A DNA stretch of 40,314 nt from Chiloscyllium plagiosum (taxonomy: Eukaryota), in assembly GCF_004010195.1 (NCBI RefSeq), contig NW_025215142.1:26359-66672 (forward strand), given 5' to 3'. The notes under the pieces are model-generated. The model worked only from the letters and a program-made list of their open reading frames with translations. It had not been told where the DNA came from and searched no databases. Position 1 is the first letter of the stretch. The number at the start of each line of letters is the position of its first letter. The position numbers were made by a program, and so were the translations under genes. Positions 24,596 to 37,041 of the stretch are shown piece after piece.

Positions 24596-27000
24596 AGTCA
24601 TCGAGTCATAGAGATGTACAGCATGGAAACAGACCCTTCGGTCCAACCCATCTATGCCGACCATATATCCCAAACCAATCTAGTCTCGCCTGCCAGCACC
24701 CAGCCCATAACCCTCCAAACCCTTATTATTCATTTACCAATCCAAATGCCTCTTAAATGTTTCACTTGTATCAGCCTCCCCGACATCACCTGGCAGCTCA
24801 TTCCATACACGTACCATCCTCTGTGTGAAACAGTTGCCCCATAGTTCTCTATTATATCTTTCCCCTCTCACCCTAAACCTATACCCTCTCGTTCTGGACT
24901 TCCGACCCCAGGGAAAAAAAAAACTTTACCGATTTCCCCTATCCATGCCCCCCTCATAATTTTGTAAACATCTATAANNNNNNNNNNNNNNNNNNNNNNN
25001 NNNNNNNNNNNNNNNNNNNNNNNNNNNNNNNNNNNNNNNNNNNNNNNNNNNNNNNNNNNNNNNNNNNNNNNNNNNNNNNNNNNNNNNNNNNNNNNNNNNN
25101 NNNNNNNNNNNNNNNNNNNNNNNNNNNNNNNNNNNNNNNNNNNNNNNNNNNNNNNNNNNNNNNNNNNNNNNNNNNNNNNNNNNNNNNNNNNNNNNNNNNN
25201 NNNNNNNNNNNNNNNNNNNNNNNNNNNNNNNNNNNNNNNNNNNNNNNNNNNNNNNNNNNNNNNNNNNNNNNNNNNNNNNNNNNNNNNNNNNNNNNNNNNN
25301 NNNNNNNNNNNNNNNNNNNNNNNNNNNNNNNNNNNNNNNNNNNNNNNNNNNNNNNNNNNNNNNNNNNNNNNNNNNNNNNNNNNNNNNNNNNNNNNNNNNN
25401 NNNNNNNNNNNNNNNNNNNNNNNNNNNNNNNNNNNNNNNNNNNNNNNNNNNNNNNNNNNNNNNNNNNNNNNNNNNNNNNNNNNNNNNNNNNNNNNNNNNN
25501 NNNNNNNNNNNNNNNNNNNNNNNNNNNNNNNNNNNNNNNNNNNNNNNNNNNNNNNNNNNNNNNNNNNNNNNNNNNNNNNNNNNNNNNNNNNNNNNNNNNN
25601 NNNNNNNNNNNNNNNNNNNNNNNNNNNNNNNNNNNNNNNNNNNNNNNNNNNNNNNNNNNNNNNNNNNNNNNNNNNNNNNNNNNNNNNNNNNNNNNNNNNN
25701 NNNNNNNNNNNNNNNNNNNNNNNNNNNNNNNNNNNNNNNNNNNNNNNNNNNNNNNNNNNNNNNNNNNNNNNNNNNNNNNNNNNNNNNNNNNNNNNNNNNN
25801 NNNNNNNNNNNNNNNNNNNNNNNNNNNNNNNNNNNNNNNNNNNNNNNNCCTAACCAACATCCTGTACAGCTGCAACATGACCTCCCAACTCCTGTACTCA
25901 ATACTCTAACCAATAAAGGAAAGCATACAAAAAACCTTCTTCACTATCCTATCTACCTGCGACTCCACTTTCAAGGAGCTATGAATCTGCGCTCCAAGCT
26001 CTCTTTGTTCAGCAGCACTCCCTGCGACCTTACCATTACGTTTATAAGTCCGGCTAAGATTTTCTTTCCCAAAATTCAGCACCTTGCGTTTATCTGAATT
26101 AAACTCCATCTGCCACTTCTCATCCCATTGGCCATTTGGTCAATCTGAAGTGACCCTCTTCGCTCTCTACTACACCTCCAATTTTGGTGTCATCTTACAA
26201 ACTTACTAACTGTACCTCTTATGCTCGCATCCAAATCATTTATGTCAATGACAAAAAGTAGTGAATCCAGCACCGATACTTGTGGCATTCCACTGGTCAC
26301 AGGCCTCCAGTCTGAAAAACAACCCTCCACCACCACCCTCTGTCTTCTACCTTTGAGCCAGTTCTGTATACAAATGGCTCGTTCTCCCTGTATTCCATGA
26401 GATCTAACCATGCCATTCAGTCTCCCATGGGGAACCTCATCAAAACCCTTACTGAAGTCCATATACTTCACATCTACCCCTCTGCCCTCATCAATCCTCT
26501 TTGTTACTTCCTCAAAAAACTCAATCAAGTTTTTGAGACATGATTTCTCATGCACAAAGCCATGTTGACTATCCCTAATCAGTCCTTGCCTTTCCAGATA
26601 TATGCACATCCTGTCCCTCAAGATTCCCTCCAACAACTTGCCCACCACGAACGTCAGGCTCACTGGTCTATAATTCCCTGGCTTGTCCTAAACACCCTTC
26701 TTAAACAATGGCACAACGTTAGCCAACCTCCAGTCTTCCAGAAACTCACCTGTGACTATCCATATTACAAATATCTCAGCAAGAGGCCCAGCAATCACTT
26801 GTCTAGCTTCCCACAGAGTTCTACGGTACACCTGATCTGGTACTGGGGATTTAGCCATCTTTACCCATTTCAACACATCCAGCACTTCCTCCTTTGTAAT
26901 ATGGACATTTTGCAAGGTGTCACAATCTATTTCCCTACATTTTATATCTTCCATATCCTCTTCCACAGCAAATACATGTTTGCACAATACTCGTTTAATA
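24596..27000 (-). mobile_element. CR1 LINE, 5'-truncated, inserted in the L1 3' region
   Basis: SLTFVVGKLLEGILRD...DSQHGFVHEKSCLKNLIEFFEEV...YMDFSKGFDEVPHGRL; tail (gagtcata)n. Confidence 0.93.
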
Positions 27001-27589
27001 ACTCCCCCATACTTCCTGTGCTAGGAAGAATATTCTGTTGTGTTGGATCGGATCTGTTGAGTCGTTGTGAGCTCGTCATGGTGAATATCCCTTTGGATCT
27101 TTTCACTAGTATGGTGCACCGAAAAGCAAAGATTTATATAAGTCTCACCAGCATGGTGCACCGAAAAGCAGAGATTTATATAAGATATGGCAACCCTTTT
27201 TGGATTACCACGATGCAGGCTTATCTGCCACTCTAAAAAGTGCTTTTATATAGCAATAACCATATTGTCTAATGAATCACATATTAAGAATTATGAACGT
27301 ATGCATGTGTATCAGTTAATGCTCTCGAAGAACGAAAGCTATCACTTTGTTATGCTGAGCCGTATTATTTATTTACAATTTATTTTTATTTTTGTTTTTC
27401 GTTTGTCCATTTAGAGACTTTCACTTATTTTATATACATGCACATGGGTTTAATTTTGTTCAATTATTAGAGTTGTTTTGTTATTGGTTTAATATAATGA
27501 TAAAAATATAATTTTCAATAATTTTTTTTAAAATTAAAATGGTAACATTGATAGATTAGAGTCCCAAATACCTCTCATTAGAGACACTA

Positions 27590-27740
27590 CTCATGGTGGT
27601 TTATGTTGAAGGTCCCCACACGGGTGATGGGGTGAGGTTGAGATACATCCACTTCATGGTAACCTCAGTCAGTGTCTGGAATTGAACCTGCGCTGGTGGT
27701 CTCCCTCTGCATCACAAACCAACCATCCAGCCAACTGTGT
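27590..27740 (-). mobile_element. tRNA-derived SINE fragment (third family)
   Basis: Minus strand agttggctggatggttgg...cagcgcaggttcaattcc has A/B-box-like motifs. Confidence 0.55.
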
Positions 27741-27951
27741 GGGAGACTGTGTAACTGTTACACACATAATCAGTCACAGATAAAGGGCAAGAGAAATTTT
27801 AATGACAAGGAAAAAGGTGTATTTGAGATAAAAATGTTCTCTGATAGGAATTCTATTTTATAATGAGACAAATGTTTGGAAGCTTTCTTTCGCTGAATAC
27901 AATAAGGTGGACAAGTAGAATAACTAGAATTACTAATTGTGATTGGATATC

Positions 27952-28622
27952 GACAACCATAACAGCCAGAAATCCTAATCAAAGATGTTTCAGAAATGAC
28001 AGCCAGACTACTAAGAGCCCTCAGATTCCTAGTAGCACACAAACCCACCAACACTCTCAAACAAAACCTAACAATCTTAAAAGACCCAGTGCAACCCATG
28101 GAAAAAACCAACGTCATCTACTAAATTCCATGCAAGGACTGCCGCAAACACTACGAAGGACGAACAGGAAGAAAGTTAGCCACCAAGATACACGAACACC
28201 AGCTAGCCACAAAAAGACACGACTCTCTCTCCCTCGAAGCCCTACACACGGATGAAAAAAAAATATACCATTTCGACTGGGACAGCACATCTATCCTGGG
28301 ACAGGCTAATCAAAGACAAGCCAAAGAATTCCGAGAGGCCTGGCACGCCAACCACAACGCTATAAACAAGCACATAGATCTAGATGCCATCTATCAACCC
28401 CTCAGAAAAGAACAGGAAATGACATCACCACAAACCCCAGGAACCCCATCCAGAAGAAAGATATAAATAGAAAGCAGGAGACAACAGCTTCGCTTCACTT
28501 GGAGGTCGCCACTGATGATGTTACCTAGCCAGGTAATGAAACGTCTGGATATCAAACCTACAGCTCAGCGAGCAAACCTACGCCATAAACCTCAACCTGA
28601 GCTACAAACCTTCACAAACCTT
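27952..28622 (+). mobile_element. Penelope-like element, GIY-YIG endonuclease region and 3' end
   Basis: VAHKPTNTLKQNL...KDP...NVIY*IPCKDCRKHYEGRTGRKLATKIHEHQ...FDWDSTSIL...EAWH...AINKH. Confidence 0.9.
28509..28548 (+). ncRNA. Minimal type I hammerhead ribozyme motif (Penelope-associated)
   Basis: cca-CTGATGA-t-gttacct(agcc)aggtaat-GAAA-cg-TC-tgg: 3-bp stem I, 7-bp stem II, palindromic ACGT stem III, UC cleavage site. Confidence 0.75.
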
Positions 28623-29179
28623 NNNNNNNNNNNNNNNNNNNNNNNNNNNNNNNNNNNNNNNNNNNNNNNNNNNNNNNNNNNNNNNNNNNNNNNNNNNNNN
28701 NNNNNNNNNNNNNNNNNNNNNNNNNNNNNNNNNNNNNNNNNNNNNNNNNNNNNNNNNNNNNNNNNNNNNNNNNNNNNNNNNNNNNNNNNNNNNNNNNNNN
28801 NNNNNNNNNNNNNNNNNNNNNNNNNNNNNNNNNNNNNNNNNNNNNNNNNNNNNNNNNNNNNNNNNNNNNNNNNNNNNNNNNNNNNNNNNNNNNNNNNNNN
28901 NNNNNNNNNNNNNNNNNNNNNNNNNNNNNNNNNNNNNNNNNNNNNNNNNNNNNNNNNNNNNNNNNNNNNNNNNNNNNNNNNNNNNNNNNNNNNNNNNNNN
29001 NNNNNNNNNNNNNNNNNNNNNNNNNNNNNNNNNNNNNNNNNNNNNNNNNNNNNNNNNNNNNNNNNNNNNNNNNNNNNNNNNNNNNNNNNNNNNNNNNNNN
29101 NNNNNNNNNNNNNNNNNNNNNNNNNNNNNNNNNNNNNNNNNNNNNNNNNNNNNNNNNNNNNNNNNNNNNNNNNNNNNNN

Positions 29180-29660
29180 GACAGAGTGGGGAAGGTTATT
29201 GATGCTTGTCCTGTTTTGCTGGACATTTCTTCAGACCGCAAATACTGCACTGAGGTAGGTGGCGAGCGCAGACCAGGCTCGGTGGGTCTGGTAATGTGAT
29301 CCCTCTGGGAAGAGAATGGTCCCCTTTTGTACTAGTCCATCCGTGCTGGTGTCGACAAACCGTGGTGTAATTTCCCCTTAGCTGCCATGCTCGGGGTAAA
29401 CTGTGCAGGGCAATTCCAACCTGGGAAAGTGCAACCGTGTGCACCTTGGCCTTTTAAAGTTGGGCCCAGGGTCAGGGATCACGGAATATCCAGGGGCATC
29501 CGGGCGATGGTGAGTACCTTCAGTCATGATGGGTGGGAGAATCGGGCTGGCATTGAATGAGAGGGACATTATGGCGTAGGATGGGTAGTTAATGAGATGA
29601 GTTTCGTTAGATAGCACCGGGAAACTCGCTCGGCCTCGTGCATACAACCCCTCTGTCACA
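29180..29660 (-). mobile_element. LTR-like segment truncated by a gap
   Basis: Minus strand starts TGTGACA, is GC/CpG-richer than its flanks and has TATA-like tttaaaaggccaagg; no recognisable protein. Confidence 0.4.
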
Positions 29661-29984
29661 CTCAATGAAAATGTCACTGAAACAGTTTTTTGTTAGATTA
29701 AGCCCAGTGAGGCGAAGACTCTGCTGTCCGCACTCCCAGTAACAAAACTGCAGAACAAATGCCCATCCAAAACTCTCCATCACCTAAACTCACAGCAATA
29801 TCCCTTTCACTTATAATTCTTCATCATGCTGACCTGTGTTGCATGTTACTATCGAAATTCATTTCAGCATTCTGAAACCTGTGAACATATCCTTCTATGA
29901 CTTTTTTTCTCAGTCTCCCCCACTCTGCCTCCATTCCAAAACACACTCATTTATAGTCAGTAAATGCTCGAGACTGTCAGTATG

Positions 29985-32520
29985 GCTGGCCATTTGGCCC
30001 AGCTGGTCCATGCCAACCAAGATGTCCATCCACACTCACCCCATTCCCCTGCCCTTGCTCGGTATCCCTCTAATCCTTACCTATCTGTGTATTTGTCCAA
30101 ATGCCTTTTCAATGTTGTTATTGCACCCACCTCAACCACTTCCACTGGCAGCTCAGTCCATATGCGTACCACGCTCTGTGTAAAATTGTTGCCCCTCAGG
30201 TTCCTCTTTCCTTTCCAAACATTAATGGATGTCCTCGATTCCACTACCTTAGAAAAAATTCGAAGTATTCACCCCATGCACGCCTGTCATGATGTTATAA
30301 GAGTTACACTTCTATAAGAAACCTCTCAGTTACCTACGCTGCAAAGAAATAAGTTCAAACCGGTCCAACATCTGCCTATAAGTTAGCGCCTTTAGCCCAG
30401 GAAACATCTTTGTAAATTTCTTCTATGCTCTTTCTCGTTCAACAATATCCTTTCGAGAGCAAGGTGAATAAAACTGAGCACAATAATTCAACTGTAGCCT
30501 TACCAACATCTTGCACATCTGCAACATAACGTCCCAACATCTATACTCAATGTGCTGTTGAAGGCCAGTGTGTCAACAGCCTTCTACTGTAAATGATGCC
30601 TCCTAATTTAGTGTCATCTGCAAACTTACTAACCTTGCGTTGTGCACTCTGGTCCAAATCATTGGTATGGATAACAAACAGCAATGGGCCCAGGACTGAC
30701 CACTGAGGCACTCCACCAATCACAGGCCTCGAGTCCGTCAGCATACCTCCACCATAGCCATTCGCTCATAACGTCAAGCCAATTGTGCCGCCAATTTGCC
30801 AGTTTACATTGGAGTCCATGCCATCTAACCTTCCAGAGCGGCCTACCATGTGGAACATTATCAAAGGCCTTACCCAAATCCATGTAGACTATGCCCACCA
30901 CCCTGTTCTTATCAACCTTCCTGGTCACTTCCTCAAAAACTGTAACAAAATTTGTAAGGCATGATTTGCCACGCACAAAGCTATGCCGACTGCTCCAAGT
31001 CAAACTCTGTCTTTCCAAATGCATGGATATCTTATATCTCCGAACCTTCTCAAGCGGTTTACCGAAACCAGATTTGAAGTTTACTGGTCGATGTTTCCCA
31101 GGCTTTTCTTTGCAGCCGCTCTTGAATAAGTGCACATTTGTTAACCCCTCCCCCCCACCCCCCGCCAGTCTTCCGGGACCTTGGCCCCTAACTATCTTCT
31201 TCGCCTCTTGCAGTGCTCTTGGATATATCTGGTCAGGACCAAGAGGTTTATCTGACTTTATGCATTCTAATATGTCCGACAGCACCTCTACTGTGATATG
31301 GACTGTACCAAGATATGTCAACTAACCTTTCAAAGGTCACAGGTCTTCATGTCTTTCTTTATGGTAAACAAAGAGGGGAAATTGAGGACTTCACCTATCT
31401 CTTGAGGTTTTACACATGCGTGCCCATTTTGGTTTTTAAGACTTCCCTCTCTGGATGTTCTCTTTCCTATACAGAATTTGGGTTCACACTAATCTGCTCA
31501 GCCAAGGCTAACTCGCACCCCCTTTTCACCTTGCTGATTTCCTTCTTCAGTTCGTTCATGGATCCCCTGTGTACCTGCAGGGATTCCCTTGGTCCCAGCT
31601 GCCTGTACCTGAGCCACACCTCCTTTTTTGCTGGTCAGAGCCTTAGTATCTCTCGTCATCCAGGGTTCTCTCTTCCAACCTCACTTGCCTTTCACCCTCA
31701 CAGAAACATATAGACCTTGAACTCGAGCGATTTAACTTTTGAAGCCCTCCCACTTCTCCGGGATCCTTTTAACTCGATACAAACTACTCCAATCAACCCT
31801 TGCAATCCCCTGCCTAACTCCAACAAAATATGCCTTTCCCCAATTTAGAATTTGAATCTGTGGACCAATTTTGTCCCTACCATAACTACTTTAAAATTAA
31901 TACAGCTCCAATCACTTCCCGAGTAGGACCCTCTACAAGCTGCTTGTAGAAGCTTTCCTGAACATACTTAACAAATTACATTCCATCCAAGTTCTTAACC
32001 TTCTGGAATTTCCAGTCTATGTTAGGAAAATTAAAATCACCTTTTATAACAACCCTATTGCTCCTGCAAGTCCAGCCAGTCTCCCTGCATTTTTGTCCCT
32101 CTAATTTCCATTGATTATTTGGAGGCTTATCGTGCAACCACTATAATATCACCATCTCCCTCTTACTTCTTTGCACCGTTCACAAAATCTAATTGGATAT
32201 AATCGCAGTTAATTCAACTTTAAATACTAGAGTGATGTTCGCCTTAATCAGAACTATTGGTATTTAAATTGTTTCCATTTACATCTCTTCCTCGGAGTGA
32301 TTTTCACATTCGCAGCACACCTTGTCAAGGTACAGTGGATATATGGAGCTGCAAATGGATGGGAGCGGCACATCCTGTCACTTTCAGCATTGGTAGCATG
32401 TTTCCCCACACTGGGCAGTGATCTAACAAAGTATTGCTGAACAATGCAACAGCCTGGGTTTATATATGAATGAACCAGTGCGGACTGCACAGCTCCCCAC
32501 GCTGGACGTTTAGCCCAGGA
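29985..32520 (-). mobile_element. CR1 LINE (RT and endonuclease), decayed
   Basis: VPQWSVLGPLLFVIHTNDLD...KFADDTKLGG; YMDLGKAFDNVPHGR; endonuclease region homologous to 1300-2600. Confidence 0.9.
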
Positions 32521-33096
32521 TTATAGATCAAGCATTGGTGTGGGCTGCACAGAGTTCCATTCTGGATATTGCTGGGTTACATTCAGCAGTACACTAGCCA
32601 TAACTACACAGTGCTTCATCCTGAAAGGAGAATGGATGGGCTGGTTATGTGAGTTGGATTGCGAATGTGAGAGAACTAAACATCTGGCCACCCCTTTATT
32701 TTGAGTTTTAATTCTTGTGATTGGACCCTTTAAATCCTGACTCATCCTGTTTGACCCATCCTTCTGCATGAGTCATGGTCAGTGTTGTTGCAGCATCAGA
32801 GTCTGCAACATGGCCAACAGTACCCACAAAAAGAGCAGAGGCTGCAGTGAGCGGAATCTCCGTATAATGGAATGAAGGAATTACAATCAGATCAGACGTG
32901 GTCTTTGTGAATGGTGGTGCAGGATTTAACGGACCACAAATACAACTAACTCATATATTCCTGTTTGTTCCAAGCACACTCCCCTTCTCTTCCAGTGTCC
33001 CATACTGGCGGAGAGGGAGTCACCTCCTGCTGTCCTTGCATAACAGTATGCTGGGGACTCACTAACCTCCAGATTTCCCTTTGACCCAGTTTTGTG

Positions 33097-33365
33097 CTCT
33101 GAGTGACTCCTCCTGTTCCTGTGTCCCAGTCTCAAGCTCTGAGTGAATCTCTCCTGTCCCTGTGCCCCAGTCTCAAGCAGGTGAATGACTGCGTCCTGTT
33201 CCTGTGTCCCACTCTTGGGCAGCTGAGTGACTGCCTCCTGATCCAAGGTTTGCAAAAGTAAGTGTCCGCCTCCTGCTACTGAGTAACAGGCTCCAACAGC
33301 TCTGTGCTCACCTGCTGCTCCTGTGGAATGGAGTCGAGGGCCTGAATGGCCTCTTCACATTCCTT
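33097..33365. repeat. ~41-bp degenerate tandem repeat
   Basis: ctctgagtgactcctcctgttcctgtgtcccagtctcaag, about 4-6 diverged copies. Confidence 0.75.
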
Positions 33366-33532
33366 ACAGCTTCTCCTGACAAAAAGCATTTCCCCTGTTT
33401 CTTTAAAACAACATTAAAATCTGAATGATGTATTTATCTATTTTACTCTCAGCAATTGAGCAAACAACTGACTGAAAAAATTCAGAAGCTGAATAGCCTC
33501 CTCCTGATCCTGTGTTGTACACTCAAGAGGCA

Positions 33533-36095
33533 ATAGAGTCTCAGAGATATACAGCACGGAAAATTACCTTTCGGTCTGGTCGTCCATGCCGACCAAATAT
33601 CCTACATTAATCTCGTCCCCCTTGCCAGCACTTGGCCCATCTCCCTCTAAACACATCCCATGCATGTGTCCATTCAAATGCATTTTAATGGTGTAACTGT
33701 ATCTGCCTCCACTACCTTTTTTTGGCTGTTAAATCCATACACACAGCAGTCTCTGTGTGAAAATGTTGTCCCTCATGTCCCTTTTTACATCTTTCCCTTC
33801 TCACCTTAAACCTTTGTCTTCTAATTTTGGACTCGTCTATCCTGCGTAAAATACGTGGACTGTGTGCCTTATCTTTGCTCCTCATGATTTTATAAACCTC
33901 TTTAAGGTCACCCCTCAGCCTCAACACTTGAAAATAGACCCAGCCTGTTCAAACTCTCCCTGTGACTCTAACCCTCCAACACCTGCAACATTCTTTTAAA
34001 TCTCTTCTGTACCCTTTCAAGTTTGACAACATCTTTCCGAAAGCAGAAGACCAAAATTAAAGGCAATATTACAAAAGTGGCCAAACTTATGTCCTGTACA
34101 GATGCAACACATCGTGAAAATGTTTAGACTCAAAGCACGTACCAATAAAGGGAAGATCACCAAGTGCCTTCTTCACTGCGCTGTCTACCTGTGACAACAT
34201 TTTTAAGGAATGGAGAACCTGCACCACAAGGTGACACAGTAGCTCAGTGACTAGCATTGCTGCTTCAGAGCGCAGCGATCTGGGTTTAATTCCATCCTTG
34301 AATGACTGGCTGTGTGGGGTTTGCACATTCTCCCCGTGTCTGCATGAGTTTCCTCCGGATGTTATGTTTTCCTCCCACAGTATAAAGATATACAGATAAG
34401 GGTAGATTGGCCATGCTTAATTGCGTAAAGTACCCAGGGATGTGTAGGCGAGATGGATTAGTTAAGGGAAATGCAGGCTCAGAGTGATAGAGTAGGGGTT
34501 GTCCAATGGGATACTTTTTAGAGGGTCTTTGTGGCCTCTATGGGCCGAACAGGCTGTTTCCTCACTGTAAGGATTCGATAATTTCTATGGAGTTCTCCTT
34601 GATTGACAGCTTTCGACAGGACCCTAACTACATGTTTGCCTTGATTTGTCTTGCCAAAATGCAACACTTCACATTTAAGTAAAATAAACTCCATCTGCCA
34701 CTCCTCGGTCCACCAAAGCAAAGTTCCATTGTAGTCTGAGAGTTAATTCTTCACTGTCGACTACACCACCAAATTTGGTATTATCTACAAACGTACTGAC
34801 CATACTTCATATACTCAAATACAAATGATTTGTGTAAGTGACAAAATGCAGTGGACCCATTATTGATCTTTGCGGCATGCCACAGGTCACAGGTCTCCAT
34901 GTTTAAAGAACAAATGTCCACTTTCACGCCCTGTCTCCAATATTCAAAAAATTTTGGACCTAAATGGCAAGTTATCCCTGGATCCCAGGCAGTCTCACCA
35001 TGTTAACCAGTCTACCACGTAGAACATTTTGGTTTTCTTACAGAATTCCATAAAGACAACATCCACTGTCCTGCCATCATCAATCATCTTCATCACTTCC
35101 TCAAAAAATTCCACCCAGTCAGTGGGATGTGATCTCCAATGTACAAAGCCATCTTCAGTCCTTGTCTTTCCAAATGAATATCGATCTTTTTCCTCGAAAT
35201 CCCCTCCAACAATTTAGTCACAATTGACGTCAGGCTCACCGATCTATGGTTGCCTGTTTTTTCTTACTTTCTTAAATAATGACACTATGTTAGCAGCCCT
35301 CCAGTCTTTTGACACCTCACCTGTGGAAATTAATGTTACAAATATATCAGCAAATTGCTGAGCAATCTCTTTCTTAGCTTCCCACAAACATCTGGGATAC
35401 AACTGATCAGGTCCCAGGGATTTGTTCACCTTTATGTGTTTTAAAATGTCCAACACCTCCTTGTAATATAGACACTTTCAATGTATCGCTATATATTTCT
35501 TCATTCTCTCACTCTTCTAACCTCCTCCACATTAAATACTGAGAAGAAATACTTGTTTTGTATCTCTCCAATCTCCTGCGGTTCCACACATATGTAGCCT
35601 TACTGATCTTTAAGGGGCCCTATTCTCTCCTTAGTTAATCTTTTGACATTAAAGGATTTGTAGAATATCTTCAATGCCTCATTAACCCAATTTCTAAAGC
35701 CATCTCTTGTCCACATTTTTCTGGCCCTATTTCCCCATTGACTGTACACTTGCTGCCCTTTCACACCTCTCGGGATTCACTTGCTCTCAGCTCGGTTTAC
35801 CTGACATATGCCTCTTTTCTTACCTTAACCAGACCATAAATATATCTAGCCATCCAGCACTCCCTGCACCCACCAGCCCTGCCCCTCTCACTTATGGGTA
35901 AACGTTGGCTCTGGACTCTCTGAAACCAAGTTTTGATGGCCTTGCGTTTTCCAATCATCCCTTTACCTGTGAATAGGGTATTCCAATCAGCCTTTTACAG
36001 GGCTCGCATAACACTTTCAAAATTGGCCTTGTTCAAAGTTAGAACCTGAATGTTTACATCAGGTCTTTCCTATTCCACAACTAATTTAAGACTAA
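33533..36095 (-). mobile_element. CR1 LINE, 5'-truncated
   Basis: LRLRGDLKEVYKIMR; WQMEFILLKCEVLHFGK; KSLGPDQLYPR...DWRAANIVSLFKK. Confidence 0.9.
34229..34585 (+). mobile_element. HE1-like V-SINE nested in CR1
   Basis: ggtgacacagtagctcagtgactagcattgctgc...gggtttaattcc...gtttgcacattctccccgtgtctgc...gggccgaacaggctgtttcc. Confidence 0.87.
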
Positions 36096-36134
36096 TATTT
36101 ATGCTTAACAGACTTGAAAGTTAAATAAACACTT

Positions 36135-36238
36135 CCTGTCCCTCGGTAACAGGCTAGAGAGGCTGAATGGGCTCCTCGTGGCCCTCTGCAATAGACTGGA
36201 AAGGCTGAATGGCCTCCTCCTGTCCCTGTGTAACAGAC
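36135..36238. repeat. ~41-bp tandem repeat resembling the CR1 tail
   Basis: gtaacaggctagagaggctgaatgggctcctc...aaggctgaatggcctcctcctgtccctgtgtaacag, about 2.5 copies; another copy at ~36460-36505. Confidence 0.6.
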
Positions 36239-37041
36239 CCGAGACATTAAATAACACAGCAACCCGTGGCTTCCGAGCAGCCGTTCAACTGTATCTGATG
36301 GAGGTCCATCCTTTCTCAGTTACAGACACACAGACAACACACTGTACTCCAGGTGCCCTCTTTTTAACACCTCATGCAACTGCAGCGACACATCTCTTCG
36401 TTTTGAATGATTCCGTTGGCAAAATGTGCCAATATTCTAGGTTTCCACCTTTTCAAGTAGCAACAGGCTAAAATGGGCTGAATGGCCTTCTCTTATCCCT
36501 TTGTAAGATGCCCATAGGGACAGAATTGCTTTGGCCTGTGCTGAGCAGCAATCTCAGGGTTATGAAAGGACAGCAATGCTCTGTCTCAGGGTTATGAAAG
36601 GATTTGATAACAGGACACTTAAAACCAGGAGTAGCCTCACACTGGTCAATAAGTATTATACTTTGGGGTAAGGTATCTAGAAACTTGCCCACCCGATTTT
36701 TTTTTTGTGCAACCGATCTGTTATTTTATAACTGCCTCTTTTCATAAACAGAGTGGAACATATATAGACCACTGCAGTGCCTTTTAATATTCTCATATAC
36801 AAGTAAAAAAAAATTCAAACGATTTGAAGATTTTTGGTACATCCCTCAGCAACCCTCATCCATTCCTTCCAAACCCGGTAAATGTTCCCTTTTATAGTGA
36901 TATGAAAAAATGATGTGTGGAACTGGTTAACTGAGCCTGTTTGTTTAGTCATGATTCAGAGATGCCGGTGTTGGACTGGGGTGTACAAAGTTAAAAATCA
37001 CACAACACCAGGTTTTCATCCAACAGGTTTAATTGGAAGCA

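Larger units (their letters stand above)
20020..27534 (+). mobile_element. L1-clade LINE, decayed ORF2, both termini present, ORF1 absent; three nested insertions
   Basis: 5' ggggaaatccaagatggtggcg; EN motifs KWCTWSING, LLQEMHL, LVDVWRQIH, HTRIDIF, ITDHA; RT motifs GSRQG*LLSPFLF and ITLYVDE; C-terminal CPKC...LTQCMWSC; T-rich 3' UTR; flanking TAAAATGTTAA (20009-20019) and TAAAATGGTAA (27535-27545). Confidence 0.9.

Noticed and set aside
16736..29258. Long ORFs (200-393 aa) containing X runs
   Set aside because: Their length comes from N gaps; the real parts are CR1 or Penelope fragments.
1..36095. Similar minus-strand CR1 blocks suggesting segmental duplication
   Set aside because: Their truncation points and flanks differ, consistent with independent insertions of one subfamily.
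36552..36602. 19-bp direct repeat tctcagggttatgaaagga (also a ~35-bp duplication at 37378-37444)
   Set aside because: Ordinary local slippage duplications with no further structure.
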